The notes below the pieces were generated by a model. It saw nothing but the letters and a program-made list of their open reading frames with translations. It was not told the DNA's origin and searched no databases. A program made the position numbers and the translations under genes. Below, piece after piece: positions 19,114 to 28,381 of a stretch of 64,000 nt of DNA. Source of the stretch: an uncultured Clostridia bacterium (GTDB lineage: Bacteria > Bacillota > Clostridia > Oscillospirales > Butyricicoccaceae); NCBI GenBank assembly GCA_945829445.1, contig CALZUY010000004.1, positions 153-64,152 on the forward strand, read 5' to 3'. Each line of letters begins with the position of its first letter. Positions within the stretch are counted from its first letter, which is position 1.

Positions 19114-19844
19114 TTGTCTTCTCCCGTTACTTTGGATTTCATAACCGTCAGCAGGAATTTCGGCAGCGCTGTCATGCGCTTTGCGCGCCACGGCTCTTTT
19201 TTGAGGCGGTAAAACCATTCCAGGCCGTGATTGACATAAAAGTCCGGCGCGCGTTCAACGATACCTGCATAGACGTCCAGCGAACCGCCGAGACCGCACA
19301 GCAATGTGCCGTTGAGCTCGTCGATGTGCTTTTCCATAAAAATTTCCTGCTTCGGCGCACCGAGACACACCAGAATGACGTCTGAGTGTCCCGCAGCGTT
19401 GATATCGCGCACAGCCTCGGCATCATCCTTGAAATAACCGTTGCGGCAGCCCGTGACAATCAGGCCCGGATATTTCTTTTTGAGATTTTCCGCAGCCTGC
19501 TCCGCGACGCCCGGCTTTGCACCGAACAGAAAGAGGCTGCGCCCTTCTTTTGCCATTGCCTCCATCAGGGAAGCGGCAAATTCAATGCCTGCGACCTTTT
19601 CCGTTATCGGTTTTTTGAGAATTTTTGCCGCGTGAATGACACCAATGCCGTCGGGCAGAACGAGTGCCGCTGCATTGAGCAGCTTTTTCAGCTGCGCGTC
19701 CGAGCGGGCCATGTATACAATTTCAGAATTCGGCGTGACAACGTAACCCTTTTTGCCTTCGCGGATGCGCGCCATCGCGCGCGTAACTGCTTCGGCCTTG
19801 GTGATTGCGTCAAACTGCACGCCGAGAATGGAAACCCTGTTCAA
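19110..19844 (-). CDS. WecB/TagA/CpsF family glycosyltransferase
   Basis: VVTPNSE, PDGIG, LGAPKQE, GLEWFYR. Confidence 0.93.
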   Translation of the reverse strand: MNRVSILGVQFDAITKAEAVTRAMARIREGKKGYVVTPNSEIVYMARSDAQLKKLLNAAALVLPDGIGVIHAAKILKKPITEKVAGIEFAASLMEAMAKEGRSLFLFGAKPGVAEQAAENLKKKYPGLIVTGCRNGYFKDDAEAVRDINAAGHSDVILVCLGAPKQEIFMEKHIDELNGTLLCGLGGSLDVYAGIVERAPDFYVNHGLEWFYRLKKEPWRAKRMTALPKFLLTVMKSKVTGEDK

Positions 19845-19952
19845 CTATCGTTCCTCCTTTGGGGAGTTTTTTTCAATTACCATCTGTTTATTATACCATC
19901 ATTGCGATATCGGTTCAACCATGATTTGTTTCGATCCTGTGCACAACTGCAC

Positions 19953-19990
19953 AAAAAACTTCCCTTTTTCGCGTGGAAAAAGGGAAGTTT
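19953..19990. terminator. Intrinsic terminator after tyrS
   Basis: AAACTTCCCTTTTTC/GAAAAAGGGAAGTTT inverted repeat with flanking A/T runs. Confidence 0.8.
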
Positions 19991-19999
19991 GAATCATTG

Positions 20000-21229
20000 T
20001 TACAGCGTAACCTTGTGGAATGTCTTCTTACCCTTGCGGATAATCATGCCGTCATTGCCGAACGCATCCGCACCGTACATGGCGAACATGTCAGTTACCT
20101 TTGCGTCGTTGATGGTCAGGCCGCCCTGCTTGACAACCTGGCGCGCTTCACTCTTGGACTTGACCAGACCGGTCTTGACCAGCAGATCGAGTGCGCCGAT
20201 CTGTCCGTCAGTCAGGTCATCCGCAGACAGCTGTGTGGTCGGCATGTCTGCCGCAGACGCACCACCTGCAAATACAGCTCTCGCTGCAGCCAGTGCCTTT
20301 TCCGCCTCGTCCTTGCCGTGAACCATGGCAGTGATTTCATAAGCGAGCTTTTCCTTTGCGCGGTTGAGGCCTGCGCCTTCCAGCTTTTCGTACTCGGCGA
20401 TTTCGTCGAGCGGCATAAAGGTCAGCATCTTCATGACGCGGATGACATCGGCGTCATTGATGTTTCTCCAGTACTGGAAGAAGTCATACGGAGAGGTCTT
20501 CTCCGGATCAAGCCAGACAGCACCCTTTTCGGTCTTGCCCATCTTCTTGCCTTCCGAGGTGGTCAGCAGCGTGAAGGTCAGGCCGTAAGCGTCGTCCTTG
20601 CCTTCGACACGGCGGATCAGGTCAGCGCCGTTGATGATGTTCGACCACTGGTCATCGCCGCCCAGCTCCAGATGGCAGTCCTCCGTGCGGTACAGGTGCA
20701 GGAAGTCATAGCTCTGCAGCAGCATGTAGTTGAACTCGATGAAGCTCAGGCCCTTTTCCAGACGGGTCTTGAAGCACTCTGCCGTCAGCATGCGGTTGAC
20801 GGAGAAATGTACGCCGACCTCACGCAGGAAATCCATGTAGTTAAACTTCAGAATCCAGTCCGCATTGTTGAGCATCGTGGCCTTGCCATCGCTGAAATCG
20901 ACGAGGCGGCGCATCTGCTGGCGGAAGCATTCCGCGTTGTGATCGATCTCTTCCTTGGTCAGCATCTTGCGCATATCGGTCTTGCCTGTCGGATCACCGA
21001 TCATAGTGGTGCCGCCGCCGATCAGTGCGATCGGACGATGGCCTGCCTGCTGCAGGCGCGCCATGACAACCAGCTGAAGGAAATGGCCGACGTGCAGCGA
21101 ATCGGCTGTTGCGTCGAAGCCGATATAAAACGTGGTCTGATGGTTGTCCAGCAGATCGCGTACTTTTTCTTCATTGGTGCACTGGGCGATTAAACCGCGT
21201 GCCTGTAATTCTTCGTATACTTGTGACAT
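20000..21229 (-). CDS. tyrS: Tyrosine--tRNA ligase
   Basis: [13 protein letters not shown] (HIGH), QSYDF, GGDDQW, KMGKT (KMSKS), S4 tail. Confidence 0.97.
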   Translation of the reverse strand: MSQVYEELQARGLIAQCTNEEKVRDLLDNHQTTFYIGFDATADSLHVGHFLQLVVMARLQQAGHRPIALIGGGTTMIGDPTGKTDMRKMLTKEEIDHNAECFRQQMRRLVDFSDGKATMLNNADWILKFNYMDFLREVGVHFSVNRMLTAECFKTRLEKGLSFIEFNYMLLQSYDFLHLYRTEDCHLELGGDDQWSNIINGADLIRRVEGKDDAYGLTFTLLTTSEGKKMGKTEKGAVWLDPEKTSPYDFFQYWRNINDADVIRVMKMLTFMPLDEIAEYEKLEGAGLNRAKEKLAYEITAMVHGKDEAEKALAAARAVFAGGASAADMPTTQLSADDLTDGQIGALDLLVKTGLVKSKSEARQVVKQGGLTINDAKVTDMFAMYGADAFGNDGMIIRKGKKTFHKVTL

Positions 21230-21289
21230 CGTTGTAGAAACCCTTTCTATTTATCGTCATTTGGCACAGCCGGAAGGCAGGCCAATTGC

Positions 21290-22975
21290 TCACATTGTCT
21301 TGCTGTTTGCCGCGCGCGTGAGAAGCTCCTCCGCGTTGCGCATGGAAAGCTCGGTAATCGCGTCGCCGGAAATCATGCGCGCCAGTTCGCTCGCACGCGC
21401 TTCCCCTTCCAGCGGGCGCACATCGGTAAACGTGTGCTCATCTGAAACCGATTTCTGAATGAGCAGATGGTGGTCGCCCATCGCTGCCAGCTGCGGCAGG
21501 TGCGTGACGCACAATGTCTGCTTGCTGCGGGAGATTTCACCGAGCTTGACAGCAATTTTCTGCGCCGCCCGTCCGCTCACACCGGTGTCGATTTCGTCAA
21601 AGATAAGTGTACCCACATCTTCCGACTGCGTCAACACATTTTTTATCGCAAGCATGATGCGGGACAATTCGCCGCCGGAGGCAATCTTGCTCAGCGGCTT
21701 GACCGGCTCGCCCGGATTGGTGGAAATCAGGAAGCGGACCTCATCCGCGCCGCGCGGGTTGAGCTTGGTCTGCGGGGAGACCGAAATGGACAGGCGAACC
21801 TTTGCCATGTCGAGGTCTTCGAGCTGTTCCACGATTTTTGCTTCCAGCTCAATGGCTGCATCGCGCCGCAGGCGCGACAGCTCTCCGGCGATTTCGCGTG
21901 CTGCCGACAGCGTTTCGCGGTATTCCGCGACAAGCTGCTCTTTGCGGTCATCGGCATTTTCCAGCTCTTCCAGCTCGGAAGCCGCGCTGTCACAATAGGC
22001 AAGCACTTCCTCGACGGTCGCGCCATACTTGCGGCGCAGCCGGTAAATGACATCCAGGCGCTCCTCTACGGCATCGCGCTCCTGTTCGGAGAAATCGACG
22101 CGGGAAGCCAGATCGGAGACCGTTTCCCGCAGATCTTCGGCGAGATAGCGCAGCTCTTCCGCCTTTTTTGCCGCATTGTTCAGTTCGGTCGACAGCGTCG
22201 AGATATCTGCGAGTTCTTCCGATACCTGCGCGAGCAGGTCGCACGCGCCGTCGGTATCTTCATCACCGGCGAGCATCATGGAGGCATTTTGCAGCGCATA
22301 TGCCAGCTTTCCGGCATTGTCAAAGAACTGCCTGCGTTCGGTCAGCTCTTCCTCTTCGCCCGGTTTGAGGTTCGCTGCGGCGATTTCATCGAACTGATAA
22401 CGCAGCATATCGATGCGCTGGGCGCGCTGCTGTTCGCTCTTTTCCAACTCACGGATTTTGCTCCGCAGAGAAAACAGGCGGGAATACAGCGGGCGGTATT
22501 GCTCCAGCAGCGGTTCGGTATCACAGAAGCTGTCGAGAAAATCGATGTGATATTCCTCCTGCATCAGCTTCTGGCCGTCGTGCTGGCCGTGGATGTTGAT
22601 TAAATACGGACTGAGTGTCTTGAGCACGGATGCGGGCACCGGCCGCATATTGACGCGGCACACGCTTCTGCCCTCCGCGGACAGCTCACGCTGAATGCGG
22701 ACCGTACCGTCCTCGCAGGTGTCCAGGCCGAGCTCCTGCAGCTGTTTTTCCAGCTCCGGAGAAATCTGCTCAAACACTGCGCTGACAAATCCTTTCTTTT
22801 CGCCGCTTCGGATCAGCTCACGGCTCGTGCGCTGTCCCATAATTGCGCCGATGGAATCGATGATGATCGATTTGCCTGCGCCGGTCTCACCGGTCAGAAC
22901 GGTAAAGCCCGGCTGAAGGACAATATCCGCCTGCTCAATGACAGCGATATTTTCAATATGAAGCAGGCTTAACAT
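21290..22975 (-). CDS. recN: DNA repair protein RecN
   Basis: TGETGAGKS, SGGELSRIMLA, FDEIDTGVSG, THLPQ. Confidence 0.97.
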   Translation of the reverse strand: MLSLLHIENIAVIEQADIVLQPGFTVLTGETGAGKSIIIDSIGAIMGQRTSRELIRSGEKKGFVSAVFEQISPELEKQLQELGLDTCEDGTVRIQRELSAEGRSVCRVNMRPVPASVLKTLSPYLINIHGQHDGQKLMQEEYHIDFLDSFCDTEPLLEQYRPLYSRLFSLRSKIRELEKSEQQRAQRIDMLRYQFDEIAAANLKPGEEEELTERRQFFDNAGKLAYALQNASMMLAGDEDTDGACDLLAQVSEELADISTLSTELNNAAKKAEELRYLAEDLRETVSDLASRVDFSEQERDAVEERLDVIYRLRRKYGATVEEVLAYCDSAASELEELENADDRKEQLVAEYRETLSAAREIAGELSRLRRDAAIELEAKIVEQLEDLDMAKVRLSISVSPQTKLNPRGADEVRFLISTNPGEPVKPLSKIASGGELSRIMLAIKNVLTQSEDVGTLIFDEIDTGVSGRAAQKIAVKLGEISRSKQTLCVTHLPQLAAMGDHHLLIQKSVSDEHTFTDVRPLEGEARASELARMISGDAITELSMRNAEELLTRAANSKTM

Positions 22976-22998
22976 GTCTGTTCTCCTTTGATTTCAGC

Positions 22999-23451
22999 TT
23001 ATTTCAGCATATTTTTGGTATCTTCACAAAAATCAAGCGCACTTTCATTGTCGCGCATGACAATGAACACCGTGTCATCGCCGCTGATCGTGCCGATAAC
23101 CTTCGGCACGCGCATGGCGTCAATCGCCATCGCCGCCGCAGATGCAAGCGCCGGGAGCGTCTTGATGACGACAATATTCTGTGCGGCGTCCACACCTGTG
23201 ACGCACTCGCGGAAAATATTCTGCAGCCTGTTGACAAAGCTGTTTTCCGCCTCCTGTGTTGATGTCGCATAGCGGTATTTGCCGGACGGCGACAAAATTT
23301 TAATCAGACGCAGTTCCTTGATATCACGGGAAACCGTCGCCTGTGTCGTGTCATATCCTAAATCACGCAGGCGCATGGAAAGCTCTTCCTGCGTTTCAAT
23401 TTCATTGTGCTCGATGAGCTCGAGAATTTTTGCCTGACGCTGGAATTTCAT
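22999..23451 (-). CDS. argR: Arginine repressor
   Basis: TQEEL...TQATVSRDIKEL, GTISGDDT. Confidence 0.96.
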   Translation of the reverse strand: MKFQRQAKILELIEHNEIETQEELSMRLRDLGYDTTQATVSRDIKELRLIKILSPSGKYRYATSTQEAENSFVNRLQNIFRECVTGVDAAQNIVVIKTLPALASAAAMAIDAMRVPKVIGTISGDDTVFIVMRDNESALDFCEDTKNMLK

Positions 23452-23470
23452 AAGACATCCTTTCTCCTGC

Positions 23471-24364
23471 TCAGTTGCGTCCGATTGTCAGCTTTTCGTT
23501 CAGCAAGGAATAAAAGCTGTTGCCCTTTACACGGAGCAGACGCGTGCAGAACGGCGCTTTGCGCACAAAAACGCGGTCGCCATCCGTCAGTTCAAAGCCC
23601 CTGCGTCCGTCGCTGGACACAAAAATGGTCGCATCGTTAAAGAAACGCGGCTGTACACAGATTTCACGGTGCGGGGAAAACAGATATGACCGCGGCTGCA
23701 TGCCATGCGGACAGATAGGGACGACGGAAATATTCTCCGCGGACGGTTCGATGACCGGGCCGCCTGCCGCAAGCGAATACGCCGTACTGCCGGTCGGTGT
23801 GGAAATAATGACGCCGTCGCCGTGCAGCGAGCAGACCGGCTCGCGGTCACACAGGATATCCAGCAGGCTGATACGGAAAATCGAACCGGTCTTGATAATC
23901 GCCTCGTTGAGTGCCATCGTGCGGTATACAATTTCGTCTCCGCGCAGCACCTCGACATCCAGCATCATGCGTTCATCGATGGTGTACTGCCCACGGAACA
24001 CACGCTCCACGAGACGCAGCTCCGGAAATTCCAGTTCGCTCATGAAGCCGACATGCCCGAGATTGACACCGAGAATCGGCACATGGTACGGTGCCGCCTG
24101 CTGCGCCATGGAAAGAATTGTGCCGTCACCGCCGAGCACAATGATAAAATCCGCCTCGATCATCGCTTTCTGCACCGAATAAACCAGAAATCCATCCGGT
24201 TTGATGCCGATTGACAGCGCGAGATCAGTCAGAATAACCTGTGCTCCAAATTCGCGGATGACTTCTGCTGTCTGCCGGACGGCAAATGCCATCCCCTTTT
24301 TTCCCGTATTGGGCCAGACCAGCACTTTGCGGATCGCACCGCATTTTTTCTGTTTATTCGTCAT
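23471..24364 (-). CDS. nadK: NAD kinase
   Basis: LGGDGT, GVNLGHVGF, NE, DGVIISTPTGSTAYSLAAGGP. Confidence 0.95.
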   Translation of the reverse strand: MTNKQKKCGAIRKVLVWPNTGKKGMAFAVRQTAEVIREFGAQVILTDLALSIGIKPDGFLVYSVQKAMIEADFIIVLGGDGTILSMAQQAAPYHVPILGVNLGHVGFMSELEFPELRLVERVFRGQYTIDERMMLDVEVLRGDEIVYRTMALNEAIIKTGSIFRISLLDILCDREPVCSLHGDGVIISTPTGSTAYSLAAGGPVIEPSAENISVVPICPHGMQPRSYLFSPHREICVQPRFFNDATIFVSSDGRRGFELTDGDRVFVRKAPFCTRLLRVKGNSFYSLLNEKLTIGRN

Positions 24365-25160
24365 GCTTTGCAAGCTCTCCGTGCGCTTCGGCGACCAGGG
24401 CTGCCGGGTCAAGCGTCCCGTCCTCACCGTCCTTACCCAGATAGCCGAGAAATTCGATGTTGCCCTCCGGCCCCTTGATGGGTGAGAAGGTCAGCTGATA
24501 GACATGGAAACCCGCCTCATGTGCGTTTTCAATAAATGCCTCGAGTACTTCCTGATGGATTTCCGGCTCGCGAACAACGCCTTTCTTGCCGACCTTGCCC
24601 TTGCCTGCTTCAAACTGCGGTTTAATCAGGCAGGCAATGCGACCGTGCTCACTCAGCAGGTTCGCCACAACCGGCAGAACCAGCCGCAGTGAGATGAATG
24701 AAACGTCGATAACCGCAAACTCAGGAACCTCTCCGCCCAGCATATCCGGCGTGACATGCCGGATGTTGGTGCGTTCCATGCACACGACACGCGGGTCCTG
24801 CCGGAGCTTCCAGGCGAGCTGTCCATAGCCGACATCGATGGAAAACACCTTCCGCGCGCCGCGCGTCAGCAGGCAGTCGGTAAATCCGCCGGTCGATGCG
24901 CCGATATCCATAACACACAGCCCGGATGGATCGATTTGGAAATAGTTGAGTGCCTTTTCAATTTTCAGACCGCCCCGGCTGACAAAGGCGTTGGTCTTTC
25001 CGCGGATTTCAATCTCGGCATCCTCCGGGATGCTCATGCCTGCCTTGTCCGCTTTCTGGTTGTTGACATAGACAATGCCGCTCATAATAATGGCTTTTGC
25101 CCGCTCACGGGACGGCACCATGCCCTTCTCAAACAGAAGGACGTCCAGTCTCTTTTTCAT
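24354..25160 (-). CDS. tlyA: TlyA-family rRNA methyltransferase (YqxC)
   Basis: KKRLDVLL S4 domain, FVSRGGLK, DIGASTGGFTD, DVSFIS, LIKPQFE. Confidence 0.95.
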   Translation of the reverse strand: MKKRLDVLLFEKGMVPSRERAKAIIMSGIVYVNNQKADKAGMSIPEDAEIEIRGKTNAFVSRGGLKIEKALNYFQIDPSGLCVMDIGASTGGFTDCLLTRGARKVFSIDVGYGQLAWKLRQDPRVVCMERTNIRHVTPDMLGGEVPEFAVIDVSFISLRLVLPVVANLLSEHGRIACLIKPQFEAGKGKVGKKGVVREPEIHQEVLEAFIENAHEAGFHVYQLTFSPIKGPEGNIEFLGYLGKDGEDGTLDPAALVAEAHGELAKHDE

Positions 25161-27033
25161 GTTGCATGGCCTCCAGACATGTCGCGGCAATCCCGTTGCC
25201 GTCCAGGTGGTAATATTCATAAATTTGGCTGACAGCGCCCTGCGGGGCAAACGTATCGCCAGTGTTGCACAGCCTGATCCAGTGTGTCGCAATGCCGCTC
25301 TGCGCCAGCGTTTCCGCCAGCGCCTGACCGATGCTGCCCGCATGGACAACATCCTCGACAACGGCGACACGGCCGCAGTCTGCAATGCGCTGGAGCAGCT
25401 CTGCGGAAAAATTGGCTGTCAAGTCATTTAACTTTACAACGGCAGAAAAGACGCCGTTTTTCTCCAAAATATTGGCTGCTTCGAGTGTTTGGTTGATCAT
25501 TATGCCGTATGATACCAGCACAACATCAGTTCCCTCGCGCAGGCACGCGTCTGTGCTCTCACTGCGGTCATCTGTATATGCGCCTTCACCGCCGCGCGGA
25601 TACCGCAGCGCAATCGGGCCGGACAGATGCGCCACAGCCCGGCGCAGCATGCTCCGCAGCTCGGCAAAGCTCGCAGGTGCCAGCAGTGTCATGCCGGGAA
25701 TCTGGCGCAGGAAGCCGACATCAAACACGCCGTTATGTGTCGCTCCGTCCTCGCCGACAATGCCGGCGCGATCAATGGCGAGCACCAGCGGGATGTGGTC
25801 AATGGCGACATCGTGTATGAGCTGGTCATAGGAACGCTGTAAAAATGTCGAATACAGCGCACAGACAGGGCGCATGCCCTGCTTTGCCATACCCGCAGAC
25901 ATCGCGACAGCGTGTTCTTCCGCTATTCCGACATCAAAAAAACGTTCGGGATAGCGTTTGGAAAACGATGACAGGCCTGTACCGGAAGGCATCGCCGCTG
26001 TCACCGCACAGATTTTCGGGTTCTCCTGTGCGAGCTTTACCAGCTCCGCCCCAAATACTGCCGAAAAATTTGGCGCAGATTTTTTCAGCGGAAGGCCGGT
26101 ATCCACATCAAATTTGGAAACGCCGTGATATTTTTCCGGTTTCTGCTCGGCATACGAATATCCTTTGCCCTTGCGCGTCATCACATGGATGAGCACCGGC
26201 TTATTCATTTCCTTAGCGGACTGAAACAGCTGACACATGGACAGCACATCGTGTCCATCCACCGGTCCGAGGTAGGTAAAGCCCATTTCCTCAAACATCG
26301 GGCTGGGAAGCACGACAGATTTCACCGCACGTTTGGATCTGGAAATCAGATTGACTGCACCTTCGCCGCCCGGAATGTGGCCAAGTGCTGTCTTGACATC
26401 CTTCTTCATCTGAAGGTAGTGCGGACGGACACGCAGACGGCTCAGATGGCGGCTCATTGCGCCGACATTTTTGTCGATTGACATATTATTGTCGTTGAGC
26501 ACGACAATCAACGGCTCCCTGCTGCCTCCGGCAGAGTTAAGTGCTTCATATGCCATGCCGCCGGTCAGCGCGCCGTCGCCGATAATGGCGACAACAGAAT
26601 AATTTTTATGCTGCAGCGTACGGGCATGCGCCATGCCCAGCGCAACAGACACAGAACCGGACGCATGTCCGGTAATGCATGCGTCATGCGGTGATTCTTC
26701 CGGCTTTAAAAAGCCGGACATGCCGCCAAACTGGCGCAGTGCATCAAAGCCTTCACGCCTTCCGGTCAGTAATTTGTGGGTATAGCACTGATGGCCGACA
26801 TCAAAAATCAGCCGGTCTTCCGCTGAGTCAAAGCAGCGGTGAAGTGCAACGGTAAGCTCGACAACGCCCAGATTGGACGCAAGATGACCGCCTGTTTTCG
26901 AGACATGCTCGAGCAGAAATTCCCTGATTTCCGCACAAAGCTCGTCCAGATTCTCCTTTGACATTGTTTTGATTGCTGAGGAGAGATCTTCCCGGTCCAG
27001 CAGGCCGTACCGCATATGATTTTGATTTTCCAT
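25129..27033 (-). CDS. dxs: 1-deoxy-D-xylulose-5-phosphate synthase
   Basis: GGHLASNLG, FDVGHQ, GDGALTGG..EALN, IAEEHA, YSTFLQR, DRAG. Confidence 0.97.
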   Translation of the reverse strand: MENQNHMRYGLLDREDLSSAIKTMSKENLDELCAEIREFLLEHVSKTGGHLASNLGVVELTVALHRCFDSAEDRLIFDVGHQCYTHKLLTGRREGFDALRQFGGMSGFLKPEESPHDACITGHASGSVSVALGMAHARTLQHKNYSVVAIIGDGALTGGMAYEALNSAGGSREPLIVVLNDNNMSIDKNVGAMSRHLSRLRVRPHYLQMKKDVKTALGHIPGGEGAVNLISRSKRAVKSVVLPSPMFEEMGFTYLGPVDGHDVLSMCQLFQSAKEMNKPVLIHVMTRKGKGYSYAEQKPEKYHGVSKFDVDTGLPLKKSAPNFSAVFGAELVKLAQENPKICAVTAAMPSGTGLSSFSKRYPERFFDVGIAEEHAVAMSAGMAKQGMRPVCALYSTFLQRSYDQLIHDVAIDHIPLVLAIDRAGIVGEDGATHNGVFDVGFLRQIPGMTLLAPASFAELRSMLRRAVAHLSGPIALRYPRGGEGAYTDDRSESTDACLREGTDVVLVSYGIMINQTLEAANILEKNGVFSAVVKLNDLTANFSAELLQRIADCGRVAVVEDVVHAGSIGQALAETLAQSGIATHWIRLCNTGDTFAPQGAVSQIYEYYHLDGNGIAATCLEAMQHEKETGRPSV

Positions 27034-27070
27034 TATCCCTGAATCCAATCCGTATCAGGCAAATGCCTGC

Positions 27071-27676
27071 TTATTTTTTCCACGAAAAAAAGGCCAGCAG
27101 GCGGCCTACCAGAAAAACAATATCCTCACTGCGTGAAATACCCAATGTTTTTCCGACTGCCTTGCCGCCGATTGTCAGCGAAGCGACACAGCCTGTGATC
27201 GCAAGCGAAAGCAAAACCGACCGCAGATCTGCCGCATTATTCGTCAGATGTGTAATGATGACTGCGCTCGTCGCACCGGAAATAATACCGGAAATATCGC
27301 CGACAACATCATTGCAGAAGCTGCCAACCTTCTCTGCGTTGCGCACAATCCAGATCGCCTGTTTTGCGCCCGGCACCTTCCGCGCCGCCATCGAGTGAAA
27401 GCGCTTTTCCGACGAGGCCGTGGATGCCACGCCGATAATGTCAAAGATGATGCCAAAGCCGATGAACGCAAGCAGAATGACAAATGCCACAATATTGCCC
27501 ACATTCTCCAGCGCGCGCTGCGAAAGATACGACATGGTGACCGACATCAGGAAACTGACCACACTGATGGTCACAATCCATCGGACATTCACGCCGCCGT
27601 TCTGTTTGTTTTTTGTTTTTTTCTTCGGTTTGCCGGAATCACTGTCCAAGTGACCTGACCTCCATTTATCGTTCAA
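27071..27676 (-). CDS. oapA: OLE-associated protein A (OapA), DUF21/CNNM-like membrane protein
   Basis: ~200 aa, ~4 TM; KVGSFCNDVVGDISGIISG matches the recalled OapA DxxxD signature; FHSMAARKVPGAK; sits directly upstream of dxs-tlyA as in ole operons; TTG start with AGGAGG RBS. Confidence 0.85.
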   Translation of the reverse strand: MNDKWRSGHLDSDSGKPKKKTKNKQNGGVNVRWIVTISVVSFLMSVTMSYLSQRALENVGNIVAFVILLAFIGFGIIFDIIGVASTASSEKRFHSMAARKVPGAKQAIWIVRNAEKVGSFCNDVVGDISGIISGATSAVIITHLTNNAADLRSVLLSLAITGCVASLTIGGKAVGKTLGISRSEDIVFLVGRLLAFFSWKK

Positions 27677-27741
27677 TTTTGTTGTCCTCCTGAGAAGGAA
27701 GAGGCAATCTTAACGGCTTTCGGGCACATTAAGATGCTTAT

Positions 27742-27769
27742 ATCATACCATAAACAAAAATTTTGTCAA
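27742..27769 (-). promoter_or_regulatory. sigmaA-type promoter of oapA-dxs-tlyA-nadK-argR-recN(-tyrS)
   Basis: TTGACA-16-TATGAT with TG extension. Confidence 0.65.
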
Positions 27770-27842
27770 TGGAACGCGATTTGCTATTTCCCAATTCCGG
27801 TATCATTTCTTCCTGCGGTCTTCCAGTTGCTCCCGGCGCAGG

Positions 27843-28315
27843 TTGCATTTGATTATCCAATCCTATCCCACAGCATGGATGAACTTTGCGCTTGTTATCA
27901 TCAATCTGTATGATGTGAAAAAGCTGTTAAAGGGCAGCAAGCACGATCATTTCATTGAAAGCCTGCCAGATGACGCTTTCATCCGCTTTTTCTTAGAGAG
28001 CCATTTGGCTGACATCCATCAGTATTTCCCCGGCTATGCTACCTCTAAGAACTGAAAAAACATACATCGTCTGCTGTGGTGACACACCTGCGGGTGTTTT
28101 GATCGGAGAATCGGCGTCTGATGGGATTATGAACATCTCTCTCGATTATACAACGCCAATGTACAGGGATTGTTCGGTTGGCGAATATCTTTACAACGAA
28201 CTGAGACACTGCGGAATCAAAGAGCTTGTTTTGGTGTGATGCTTCGAAGCATAAAACTTATCTGAAAAAAATGGGCTTTGAAAAAAAGAATAATCTGTAT
28301 ATGAAGAGATTATAA
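27843..28315 (+). pseudogene. 5'-truncated, frameshifted YgjV-like membrane/GNAT-like gene
   Basis: Homology runs across three pieces: IIQSYPTAWMN... / YIVCCGDTPAG...LDYTTPMYRDCSVG / YLKKMGF..KNNLYMKRL; no start codon or RBS; family call from recall. Confidence 0.55.
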
Positions 28316-28328
28316 TTTAATTTGGCGG

Positions 28329-28372
28329 AAAAAAGCCGCATCCAATGCCGTTCGGCAGTTGGATGCGGCTTT
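28329..28372. terminator. Bidirectional terminator after guaD
   Basis: AAAGCCGCATCCAA/TTGGATGCGGCTTT inverted repeat. Confidence 0.8.
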
Positions 28373-28381
28373 CATCATGTT

